Source: Lachnospiraceae bacterium Phil5 (GTDB lineage: Bacteria > Bacillota > Clostridia > TANB77 > CAG-508). From it: a stretch of DNA of 64,000 bases. The stretch covers positions 27,838 through 91,837 of the forward strand of contig NWBM01000002.1 in NCBI GenBank assembly GCA_002633185.1, written 5' to 3'. A model generated the notes under the pieces. The model was given only the letters and a program-made list of their open reading frames with translations, had not been told where the DNA came from and did no database searches. Each line of letters begins with the position of its first letter. The stretch's first letter is position 1. The translations under genes were made by a program, and so were the position numbers. Positions 11,101-18,867 of the stretch are shown in pieces.

Positions 11101-11455
11101 AACTTCAATTACTGAAAAAATGTTAATTGATGGAATGTCATCATATAATGATCCAGGAATGACATATATGACAGAGTTATTTAATAGTGATAACATAAAA
11201 TATGCTACAATTCCATTTGATGACCAAGTATATATTAAATATTTAGAAGGATTAGTAAATTGTAAAATATCTACAAAGAAATATCCAAAATACTTTATAA
11301 ATAATTTGAACAAAGTAGCTGATATGGTATATCCAATGTTAAATGGAAAAAAAGATAAAAATTTTAATAATTATTCTAAAAAGAATAAAAAGTTTGAAAA
11401 TGCATTTTCAGACGATACAAATTCAACCTTGGATAAAATGAAGAAAAATATTTAA
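8147..11455 (+). CDS. Giant (~1100 aa) multidomain protein. Domains in order: receiver-like N-domain, Lys/Glu/Ala coiled-coil repeats, two AT-hooks, a ~300-aa poly-acidic tract, and a degenerate MinD/ParA-like C-domain.
   Basis: RBS ggagg lies before the ATG at 8147. AEAKKKAEEEARKK repeats. KRGRGRPRKNP occurs twice. D/E-rich tract at about 9600-10440. C-terminal IAFVGTSKNGTSF...VVLMDCD resembles a deviant Walker A/B in which the P-loop Lys is replaced. Confidence 0.8.
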   Translation: MKVLFAVNNDKIAESIIRKYQEEYKEIISSKTVYYFNAIIKELQKDKSYDRIVISEDLEMFSNDNYQAIDKFVFEKLDAISDEATNNEGNDVPIIFLCTDRRTKNDPLLIKLFGLGVYGVLVGQDRSIQKVCSLLYKPRSKKEAKQYYKVESENVNYVAEDNSTGVSESEIQNIVYHYKKIGNNVAKCVKSFDSIYAQYSEDQVKLIVNVLPTSSRIILEENSETYRNLMGIKGKRNMNSVNKAEKEYVEKAIESGERLSKPVIIPTQVNTNKVVKIADTEAERKKKAQLAEARKRKQEQLAKEKAEAEAKKKAEEEARIKAEAEAKKKAEEEARKKAEAEAKRKAAEEARKKAEAEAKRKAAEEAKKKEEAEVKKKAEAKKKEEERKAKEKAMAEAKKAKQTKTVETETTAKRGRGRPRKNPVEDVASVIATEPVAEKRGRGRPRKNPIDVVEEEVKTESNKVEPEKKKTTSKKVSKEKTEKVEENIDDILIDFDDFEDNNKVTDVVEENQENNIQSDIVDDDFDIEDYDDDELYDDEDIEIPDFDDEENDEIDDYDSDDENEEWDFDESDDSQEDADIDLTEIEDEPDEDLNFDDFEEDEDEIPDFDEDEDFDFDDSDEDVELPVDEENDEKFEFDDVDEAEDNETEAIENEEDENDDTLIQEDDEELPDFDDEEELPDFVDEEDDDLDLLDFDNDESEETQEEDPEEATEESSKENDTDIEENNQEDDEVDLLDFEEDDDEDNEEAEDENAVEIKEDKDDIIETQHNGSFEGINNKNYKFDDNLANSIKDLQETEQETPSYNADVDSLITSNQKTIAFVGTSKNGTSFTVNNIADILAGRGIKTAILDLTKNKNAFYTYTNNEESLRETAYACLEKLRNGVAEGIKVNDYLSVFTCLPGEDDVLDDATNIIQTLIDNYSVVLMDCDFETRDKYFKAAQEIYLVQSLDVLTIQPLTAFMRDLKVKGILNPNKLRIIINKNIKVTSITEKMLIDGMSSYNDPGMTYMTELFNSDNIKYATIPFDDQVYIKYLEGLVNCKISTKKYPKYFINNLNKVADMVYPMLNGKKDKNFNNYSKKNKKFENAFSDDTNSTLDKMKKNI
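8985..9350 (+). repeat. In-frame tandem coding repeats (GAAGC(A/T)GA(A/G)GCAAAGA(A/G)AAAAGC units)
   Basis: Imperfect units of about 30-60 nt encode A-E-A-K-K-K-A-E-E-E-A-R-K-K. The antisense ORFs here are shadows. Confidence 0.8.
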
Positions 11456-11472
11456 ATAGTGATGAGGTGAAA

Positions 11473-12585
11473 ATGTTGGGAATATTAATTACATTTGTTA
11501 TAATACTTCTTGGAATTGCAATTGCATTAGTAGTATATAACATGAAACTTAAAAGTAAATTGCAAATACTTAATAATACTAGCCAAAAAGTTACAAGTTT
11601 AAGTGTTTTGCAGGATTTTATGAATACAATAAGTGAACAAATAACAGCAGATGAAAAGATTAGAAAGATAAATGAAATTCTAATTGAGAAATATGAAATA
11701 AAATACTCAACAATAGTTATATATAATGGAGCTGAATATGAAATAAAAGCATCAAATGTTGAAGAAAAACATTGGCCAATCTTAAAAAATTTACAAAGTG
11801 AAAAAGTATTCAGTGATAGTATTCAAACAGCAACTCCTAAATATATAACAATAAACAATGATAATGAAAGATTACCTTATTTAAAAATGGAATATGCAAG
11901 GGCGAAATCAGCAATGTTTTTCCCCTTGTATATAGACAATGTTTATATAGGATATTGGATTATTGAAGGAAGTAAGCAACATGAGTTTGATAATGTAGAT
12001 ACTACAATACTTGAAGTTGTAAAAAATAATATTATTTCAGTATTTAGAACAATAGAAAATCAAAGAGTTATTGATAATCTTGTAAGAGAAGATAGACTTT
12101 CAGGATTAAAAAATGTTGAATACTTATATTCAGAAGCAAAAACTGTTATAGATAAATATCCTACTTCTGCTGTATGTGTATTTAAAATACAAAACTTAGA
12201 AAAAATAAATGAAAAAGTAAGCAGAAAAACAGGTAATGAAGTTATTTCAAAACTATGTAATATAATTAAAAATAGTCTATCAGATGAATACTTTTTTGTT
12301 AGATATAGTGGACCTAAATTTGCTATAGTTTTTTCTGGAACAGATGTAGAAGGAGTAGCTCAATTTATGAAAAACATTAAGAAAAAAGTTGAAACTACCA
12401 AAATTGAGCCAAGAGAAGATTATAAAGTACATTCAGAAGATAAAAGAATTCCATATGTATTACCATCAATAAATGTTGCAATATCAACATATTATAAAGG
12501 TACTGCATTAGAAGGTGTTATGTCAAAACTAGAAGAATATTTAGATAGTGCAAATTTATCAGAAAGCGACATTAATTATTTATAG
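11473..12585 (+). CDS. Membrane-anchored protein with a sensor-like domain and a degenerate GGDEF domain
   Basis: N-terminal TM helix. The C-terminal diguanylate-cyclase fold has [11 protein letters not shown] in place of RxGGDEF, so it is probably catalytically inactive. Confidence 0.65.
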   Translation: MLGILITFVIILLGIAIALVVYNMKLKSKLQILNNTSQKVTSLSVLQDFMNTISEQITADEKIRKINEILIEKYEIKYSTIVIYNGAEYEIKASNVEEKHWPILKNLQSEKVFSDSIQTATPKYITINNDNERLPYLKMEYARAKSAMFFPLYIDNVYIGYWIIEGSKQHEFDNVDTTILEVVKNNIISVFRTIENQRVIDNLVREDRLSGLKNVEYLYSEAKTVIDKYPTSAVCVFKIQNLEKINEKVSRKTGNEVISKLCNIIKNSLSDEYFFVRYSGPKFAIVFSGTDVEGVAQFMKNIKKKVETTKIEPREDYKVHSEDKRIPYVLPSINVAISTYYKGTALEGVMSKLEEYLDSANLSESDINYL

Positions 12586-12596
12586 GAGGTATTATT

Positions 12597-12851
12597 ATGG
12601 CCGCAGATGAAACAGTAAATTTTAAAGTCGAAAGAGAAAAAAGCGTAGAAGCTAGAGAAATACTAAAGAAAGTGTATGAAGCACTTGTAGAAAAAGGATA
12701 TAATCCAATAAATCAAATAGTAGGTTACATATTATCTGGTGATCCAACATATATAACAAGCCATAATGATGCTAGAAATCTTATTAGAAAAGTAGAACGT
12801 GATGAATTACTTGAAAAAATGGTTAAAGAATATATAGGATTGGATGATTAA
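12597..12851 (+). CDS. ireB: IreB family regulatory phosphoprotein (DUF965/YrzL)
   Basis: 84 aa with [27 protein letters not shown], in the conserved position upstream of ruvX. Confidence 0.85.
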   Translation: MAADETVNFKVEREKSVEAREILKKVYEALVEKGYNPINQIVGYILSGDPTYITSHNDARNLIRKVERDELLEKMVKEYIGLDD

Positions 12852-12853
12852 TT

Positions 12854-13276
12854 ATGAGAGCTTTAGGAATAGATTATGGAGATTCAAGAGTTGGAATTGC
12901 AATTACAGATGAACTTGGTATAACAGCTCAGGGTTTAGAAACAATTTCACATAAAGGAAATGACAAAATAGTATTAAAAAGACTTGAAGAAATTCTTACT
13001 GAATATGAAATTGATACATTTGTAATTGGAATGCCAATTAATATGGATGGAACCAAAACTATTAGAGCAGAAGTAACTAATGAATTCATACATAAATTAA
13101 AATGTAAGTTTAATAAAATAAAAATTATAGAAATTGATGAAAGGCTAACTACTGTGGCGGCTCATAAAACAATGAACTATCTTAATGTTAATAAACATAA
13201 AAAAAGATCAATAGTTGATACAATTTCTGCGGTTTATATTTTAGAAATTTATATAAATAAAACTAAAAACAGTTGA
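12854..13276 (+). CDS. ruvX: Holliday junction resolvase-like protein RuvX/YqgF
   Basis: MRALGIDYGDSRVGIAITD N-terminus and DERLTT motif. Confidence 0.9.
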   Translation: MRALGIDYGDSRVGIAITDELGITAQGLETISHKGNDKIVLKRLEEILTEYEIDTFVIGMPINMDGTKTIRAEVTNEFIHKLKCKFNKIKIIEIDERLTTVAAHKTMNYLNVNKHKKRSIVDTISAVYILEIYINKTKNS

Positions 13277-13409
13277 TTTAATTATAAATATAGTGTATTA
13301 TCAAATAAATTAAGATTTGACAAAAATATTTTATGAATACCAATATATTTTTTGTTAATACTATATTTAATTAAATAAATAAATTTATTCTTGAAGGGAG
13401 AATTATAAA

Positions 13410-13721
13410 ATGAGTGAAGAATTTGATAACAATGTAGAAAACGAAGAAATTGATAACATCATTGTTTTAAATGATGAGAATGGAGAAGAAGTTCCATTTG
13501 AGTTTCTTGATTTAATAGAATTAGATGGAGAAGAATACGTAGTTCTTTTACCAGTTGAAGAAGATGAAGAAGAAGCTGACGAAGTTGTAATATTAAAGCT
13601 TGAAGATACTGAATCAGAAGATGAAGAATCTTATGTTAGTGTTGAAGATGAAGAAATATTAAATAAAGTTTTCGAAATGTTCAAAGAAAAATTCAAAGAT
13701 GAATTTAATTTTGTTGACTAG
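13410..13721 (+). CDS. DUF1292 family acidic protein
   Basis: 103 aa, acidic, with typical synteny after ruvX. Contains the ENGEEVPFEFLDLIELDGEEYVVLLP motif. Confidence 0.8.
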   Translation: MSEEFDNNVENEEIDNIIVLNDENGEEVPFEFLDLIELDGEEYVVLLPVEEDEEEADEVVILKLEDTESEDEESYVSVEDEEILNKVFEMFKEKFKDEFNFVD

Positions 13722-13761
13722 AACAAAAGACATAAAACAGATAGAAACAAAATAAAAAGAA

Positions 13762-13787
13762 AAGGAGCTATTTTAGCTCTTTTTTTG
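13762..13787 (+). terminator. Intrinsic terminator
   Basis: GGAGCTA-tttt-TAGCTC followed by a T-run. Confidence 0.7.
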
Positions 13788-13874
13788 TATGAAAAAATTG
13801 AAAATTTTAAAATATTATGATAAAATCTAAATCATTGTAATAAGCATAAATAAAAAAGAAGGAGATAATATAGA

Positions 13875-16043
13875 ATGCTAAAAATACTAAGAAAAAACTT
13901 AAAAAAATCATGGCTATTTGTATTATTAATTATTGTATTTCTTGTAATACAAGCAGTGTCAGATTTGAATTTACCAGATTTTACATCTAAAATCGTAAAT
14001 GTTGGTATACAACAAAAAGGTGTTGAAAGTGCTATTCCAAAGGTTGTAACTAAATCAACATTAGACAAAGTTTTAATTCTTTCAAATGAAGATGAATTAA
14101 TAAAAAACAGTTATACTTTAATTTCAAAAAACAATTTAAGTGAAAAAGAATATAAGAGTATAACTAAAAAATACAGAGAAACTGTAAATATTGAAAGCTA
14201 TAAATTAAATAATCATATTAGTAAAGAAAACAAAGAAAAGTTAAGTAATGAATTTACTAAAAGTTTAATAATACTATCTTCTGTACAAAATGAAGAACAA
14301 TTCGAAATGATTAAACAATCAATAATTAGTGGTCAAGTGCTAGAAAAAAATGAAATGACAGAGATTCCTGAAAGTATTAAAGAGCAAAGTGCAATAATAT
14401 ATGTTCAAAATGAATATAAAACACTAGGAGTAAATTTAGATAAATTACAAATTACATACATATTGGAATCAGGACTTAAAATGTTAGGAGTAGCTCTTAT
14501 AAGCATGTTTGCTGCTATTATAATTACATTTTTATCAGCTAAAATTGCTGCAACTGTAGGAAGAGAATTAAGAGAAAAAGTATATAATAAAGTATTGTCA
14601 TTTTCTAGTAGTGAATATAGCAAATTTGGAAGTTCTTCTTTAATAACAAGGAATACAAATGATGTACAACAAATTCAAAATCTTATTCCAATGCTATTCA
14701 GAGTAATTGTATATGCACCATTAATGGGAGTTGGAGCATTTATTAAATTACTTACAAACAGCCAAAATTCAATGGCTTGGATAATTGGAGTTGGAATTTT
14801 TGCAATTATAACAATAATTGGTACTTTATTTATAATTGCAATGCCAAAATTTAAAAAATTACAAGATCTAATAGATAAAATAAACAGCGTATCAAGAGAA
14901 ATTTTAAGTGGAATACCAGTAATTAGAGCATTTAACAAAGAAAAATATGAGGAAAACAAATTTGATATAGCAAATACAGATTTAACTAAAACCAACATAT
15001 TTGTTAATAGAGTTATGAGTTTTATGATGCCAATATTAATGCTTATAATGAACCTGATTAATATAATGATTATTTGGGAAGGTTCAAAAGGTGTTGATGC
15101 CGGAATAATGCAAGTTGGTAATGTTATGACATTTATGCAATATGCAATGCATGTTGTAATATCATTCTTGTTCATATCTATGTTATCAATAATATTGCCT
15201 CGTGCAGCTGTTTCTGCAAAACGTATAAATGATGTATTAGAAACAGAGGTATCAATAAAAGACAATAAAAATTTGAAAAAATTTGATTCAAATAAAAAAG
15301 GATTAGTTGAATTTAGAAATGTTTCATTTAAGTATCCAGATGCTGATAGTGAATTATTAACAGATATTGATTTTATAGCAAAACCAGGAGAGGTAACTGC
15401 AATTATAGGAAGCACTGGAAGTGGTAAATCCACTGTAGTAAACTTACTTCCAAGATTTTATGATGTTACAGGTGGAGAAATATTAATAGATGGGGTTAAT
15501 ATTAAAGAAGTATCTCAAAAAGATTTAAGAGATGTTATTGGATTTGTTCCACAAAAAGGTGTGTTATTTTCTGGAACAATAGAAAGCAATATAAAATATA
15601 GTGATGAAAATATGTCAGATGAGCAGATGGTTCAAGCAGCTGAAATTGCTCAAGCAGCAGAATTTATAAATAGTAAAACAGATAAATATCAATCTGAAAT
15701 ATCACAAGGTGGAACCAATGTTTCAGGAGGACAAAAACAACGTTTATCTATTGCAAGAGCAATTGCAAAAAATCCTGAAATATTTGTATTTGACGACAGT
15801 TTTTCAGCATTGGATTTTAAAACAGATTTAAAATTAAGGACAGAATTGGAAAAAGTAACAAAAGATAAAACTGTAATAATAGTAGCACAAAGAATTAATA
15901 CAATAATGAATGCGGAGCAGATAATAGTTTTAGATGAAGGAAAAATTGTAGGAAAAGGAACTCATGAGCAATTATTAAAAAATAATGAGGTGTATAAACA
16001 AATTGCATTATCTCAACTTTCACAAGAAGAACTAGATGCGTAA
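13875..16043 (+). CDS. ABC exporter, fused permease/ATPase, with a ~160-aa insertion between TM1 and TM2
   Basis: Walker A GSTGSGKST, signature VSGGQKQR, Walker B IFVFDD, and six TM segments. Confidence 0.9.
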   Translation: MLKILRKNLKKSWLFVLLIIVFLVIQAVSDLNLPDFTSKIVNVGIQQKGVESAIPKVVTKSTLDKVLILSNEDELIKNSYTLISKNNLSEKEYKSITKKYRETVNIESYKLNNHISKENKEKLSNEFTKSLIILSSVQNEEQFEMIKQSIISGQVLEKNEMTEIPESIKEQSAIIYVQNEYKTLGVNLDKLQITYILESGLKMLGVALISMFAAIIITFLSAKIAATVGRELREKVYNKVLSFSSSEYSKFGSSSLITRNTNDVQQIQNLIPMLFRVIVYAPLMGVGAFIKLLTNSQNSMAWIIGVGIFAIITIIGTLFIIAMPKFKKLQDLIDKINSVSREILSGIPVIRAFNKEKYEENKFDIANTDLTKTNIFVNRVMSFMMPILMLIMNLINIMIIWEGSKGVDAGIMQVGNVMTFMQYAMHVVISFLFISMLSIILPRAAVSAKRINDVLETEVSIKDNKNLKKFDSNKKGLVEFRNVSFKYPDADSELLTDIDFIAKPGEVTAIIGSTGSGKSTVVNLLPRFYDVTGGEILIDGVNIKEVSQKDLRDVIGFVPQKGVLFSGTIESNIKYSDENMSDEQMVQAAEIAQAAEFINSKTDKYQSEISQGGTNVSGGQKQRLSIARAIAKNPEIFVFDDSFSALDFKTDLKLRTELEKVTKDKTVIIVAQRINTIMNAEQIIVLDEGKIVGKGTHEQLLKNNEVYKQIALSQLSQEELDA

Positions 16044-16070
16044 ATTGGTAAAAGAGAAAGGAGAAGGAAG

Positions 16071-17927
16071 ATGGCAGAAAATAGAGTAAAAGTTCCTATA
16101 AAAGGACCAGGTAGACGTGGTGGACAAGGAATGCAGCCAGTCCAAAAGGCAAAAGATTTTAAAGGAACTTTAAAAATATTAATAAAAGACTATTTATCAC
16201 ATTACAAAATTAGCTTATTAATTGTAATTATATTTTCTATTGCAAGTACAATATTTGCTATAGTTGGTCCTAAAATAATGGGTAATGCAACAACAGAAAT
16301 ATTTAATGGAATTGTAAGTAAAATATCTGGCGGTACTGGAATAGATTTTGGAAAGATTTCAAAAATTTTAATTACTCTTGTTGTTCTTTATGGAATAAGT
16401 GCGTTGTTTTCAATAATTCAAGGATTGGTGATGACACAAATATCTCAGAAATTAACATACAAATTAAGAAATGATTTAGCTGTTAAAATAAATAAATTAC
16501 CAATGAATTATTTTGATAAAAAAACACATGGAGAAGTATTGTCAATAATTACAAACGATATAGATACATTAGGAATGAATTTAAATCAAAGTATTACACA
16601 AATAATTACTTCAATTTGTACATTGGTTGGAATATTAATAATGATGTTTTCTATGAATGTGTATATGACATTAGCATCACTAGTAATTCTACCAATATCA
16701 GCAATTATAGTTAAGAAAATTGTTTCAAAATCTCAAAAATATTTTGCAAAACAACAAGAATATCTAGGACATGTAAATGGAAATATTGAAGAAACATTTA
16801 GTGGTTATAATATAGTAAAAGTATTTAACGGAGAAGAAAAAGCTAAAAAAGAATTTAAAAAATCAAATGATGAATTATATATGTCAGCATGGAAGTCTCA
16901 ATTCTTATCTGGCTTAATGCATCCATTTATGAATTTTATAGGTAATATTGGATATGTAATGGTTGCATTGCTTGGGGGATATTTAGCAATAAAGGGAAAA
17001 ATAACGGTAGGAAATATTCAATCATTTATACAATATAATAAACAGTTTAATCAACCAATCAGCCAAGTAGCACAGGTTTCAAGCATGATTCAATCTATGG
17101 TGGCAGCTGCAGAAAGAATTTTTGAATTTTTAAATGAAGAAGAAGAAAAAGATGTTGTAGAAGATTCTACAGATATAAATTCATTAAAAGGTAATATAAA
17201 ATTTGAAAATGTACGCTTTGGATATAAAGATGATAAAATTGTTATAAATAATTTTAATGCAGATGTAAAAGAAGGACAAAAAATTGCTATTGTTGGACCA
17301 ACAGGTGCAGGCAAAACAACGATTGTAAAACTACTTATGAGATTTTATAATTTGAATTCAGGAAGGATTTTGATTGATGGTCATGATATTTCAAAATTTG
17401 AAAGAGGAGATATACGTAAACTATTTGGAATGGTTTTACAAGACACATGGTTATTTAATGGAACAATAAAAGATAATATAAGATACAGCAATCCAGAAGC
17501 TTCAGATTCAGATGTAATAAATGCAGCAAAAGCTGCTCACGTACATCATTTTATAAAAACATTACCTAATTCATATAATATGGAAATTAATGAAGAAACA
17601 AGTAATATTTCACAAGGACAAAAACAATTGCTTACAATTGCAAGAGTTATTCTAGCTAATCCTAAAATATTAATTTTAGATGAAGCAACAAGTTCAATAG
17701 ATACAAGAACTGAAATACAAATTCAAAATGCAATGGACGAGTTAATGAAAGGAAGAACAAGCTTTATTATTGCACATAGATTATCAACAATAAAAAATGC
17801 TGATTTGATATTAGTTATGAATCAAGGAGATATTGTTGAACAAGGAACTCACGAAGAATTATTAAAACAAAACGGCTTTTATGCAAATTTATATAATTCT
17901 CAATTTGAAGAAGTAGAAGAAACGTAA
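16071..17927 (+). CDS. ABC exporter, fused permease/ATPase (heterodimer partner)
   Basis: Walker A GPTGAGKTT, signature ISQGQKQL, Walker B ILILDEATS. Confidence 0.9.
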   Translation: MAENRVKVPIKGPGRRGGQGMQPVQKAKDFKGTLKILIKDYLSHYKISLLIVIIFSIASTIFAIVGPKIMGNATTEIFNGIVSKISGGTGIDFGKISKILITLVVLYGISALFSIIQGLVMTQISQKLTYKLRNDLAVKINKLPMNYFDKKTHGEVLSIITNDIDTLGMNLNQSITQIITSICTLVGILIMMFSMNVYMTLASLVILPISAIIVKKIVSKSQKYFAKQQEYLGHVNGNIEETFSGYNIVKVFNGEEKAKKEFKKSNDELYMSAWKSQFLSGLMHPFMNFIGNIGYVMVALLGGYLAIKGKITVGNIQSFIQYNKQFNQPISQVAQVSSMIQSMVAAAERIFEFLNEEEEKDVVEDSTDINSLKGNIKFENVRFGYKDDKIVINNFNADVKEGQKIAIVGPTGAGKTTIVKLLMRFYNLNSGRILIDGHDISKFERGDIRKLFGMVLQDTWLFNGTIKDNIRYSNPEASDSDVINAAKAAHVHHFIKTLPNSYNMEINEETSNISQGQKQLLTIARVILANPKILILDEATSSIDTRTEIQIQNAMDELMKGRTSFIIAHRLSTIKNADLILVMNQGDIVEQGTHEELLKQNGFYANLYNSQFEEVEET

Positions 17928-17952
17928 GAATAAAAATATTTACATACATTAT

Positions 17953-17981
17953 TTGACATTTTATGTAAATGGTGATATAAT
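17953..17981 (+). promoter_or_regulatory. Consensus promoter of the GC-rich cassette, bracketed by an inverted repeat
   Basis: TTGACA(17953)-17-TATAAT(17976) with an extended -10 TG. The inverted repeat TTTACATA(17939)/TATGTAAA(17962) flanks the -35. Confidence 0.65.
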
Positions 17982-18027
17982 ACTATCACAAATCTACCCG
18001 CCTAATGCCAATAAGGAGGAATTTTCT

Positions 18028-18750
18028 ATGGCAAATGTTTTCAGAGAACTCCTGAAAGAGTTGACAGATGCAAGAGAAGAGTTTAATCCAAATGTTTATC
18101 CTCTTTCTCAATTTGAAGCTGTTGCTCCTGTGGTGAAAAATGGTGTTGCAATAAGTGCGGCAGAAATTAAAGCTTGTCTTCTGCGGACAGCAGAAAACAA
18201 ATTTAATTATTCTAACCGCACAAAGGCAGATTTTTATGGGTATCTTTTTGATACTTTGTATGAGTCAGCATTGTCTAAGAGTGATGGAATAGAGGCTTCT
18301 TCAATGTATGTGATATACCAGAATGCAATGAAGGTATTTCCACTGTTTGCAGAGCTTCCTTTTAAGGAAAGATATGAGATTCTTATTGAATCAACTAAGA
18401 AAGCCAGAAAGATTGAGCGTAACCTTAAAGGATATGCAATGTGTACTTATCTGGTTATTGTCGCACATAATCTGGACAATGAAATAAGTCTGCCTGATGA
18501 CGGATTTCACCAAAAGAGTTCATATGATTCTCCTTGGAGAACACCTGATGGAGAAAATCATCGGAGATTGTATGTCAAGGTTTTTCAAAACTTCAAGAAA
18601 CTGCGAGATTTTGATACAGGTCGAGTAAAAAATCCGCACTACCCTGTTTGGACATCATTCAAACCGAAAGACAATTATCGTGGAGTCAACAGGACATTGT
18701 TGTCTGTCGATATTTGGAGTATGTTAGCTGAAAATCCTGACAAAAATTAA
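18028..18750 (+). CDS. Hypothetical protein (240 aa), GC-rich relative to its flanks and probably horizontally acquired
   Basis: RBS aaggagg lies 7 nt before the ATG at 18028. GC is about 40% by eye against about 28% in the flanks. It contains two in-frame CGG codons. I recognise no family. Confidence 0.7.
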   Translation: MANVFRELLKELTDAREEFNPNVYPLSQFEAVAPVVKNGVAISAAEIKACLLRTAENKFNYSNRTKADFYGYLFDTLYESALSKSDGIEASSMYVIYQNAMKVFPLFAELPFKERYEILIESTKKARKIERNLKGYAMCTYLVIVAHNLDNEISLPDDGFHQKSSYDSPWRTPDGENHRRLYVKVFQNFKKLRDFDTGRVKNPHYPVWTSFKPKDNYRGVNRTLLSVDIWSMLAENPDKN

Positions 18751-18759
18751 TAATTAAAA

Positions 18760-18792
18760 GTAGCAGAAATCAAATGATTTCTGCTACTTTTA
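18760..18792 (+). terminator. Intrinsic terminator
   Basis: GTAGCAGAAATC-aaat-GATTTCTGCTAC followed by TTTT. Confidence 0.85.
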
Positions 18793-18867
18793 TGTGTATT
18801 ACAATTGACAAAAAAACAAATGTTTAGTAAAATTCATTTAAAAGAAAATATATGAAAGGGGCTATAT

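Noticed and set aside
14675-15433. 252-aa minus-strand ORF, and similar long antisense ORFs at 25932..26516, 26550..27194, 19789..20355 and 44412..44993
   Set aside because: All lie fully inside well-supported + strand genes (ABC exporter, PurA-like, recG, GT2). They are frame-shadow ORFs without motifs or RBS.
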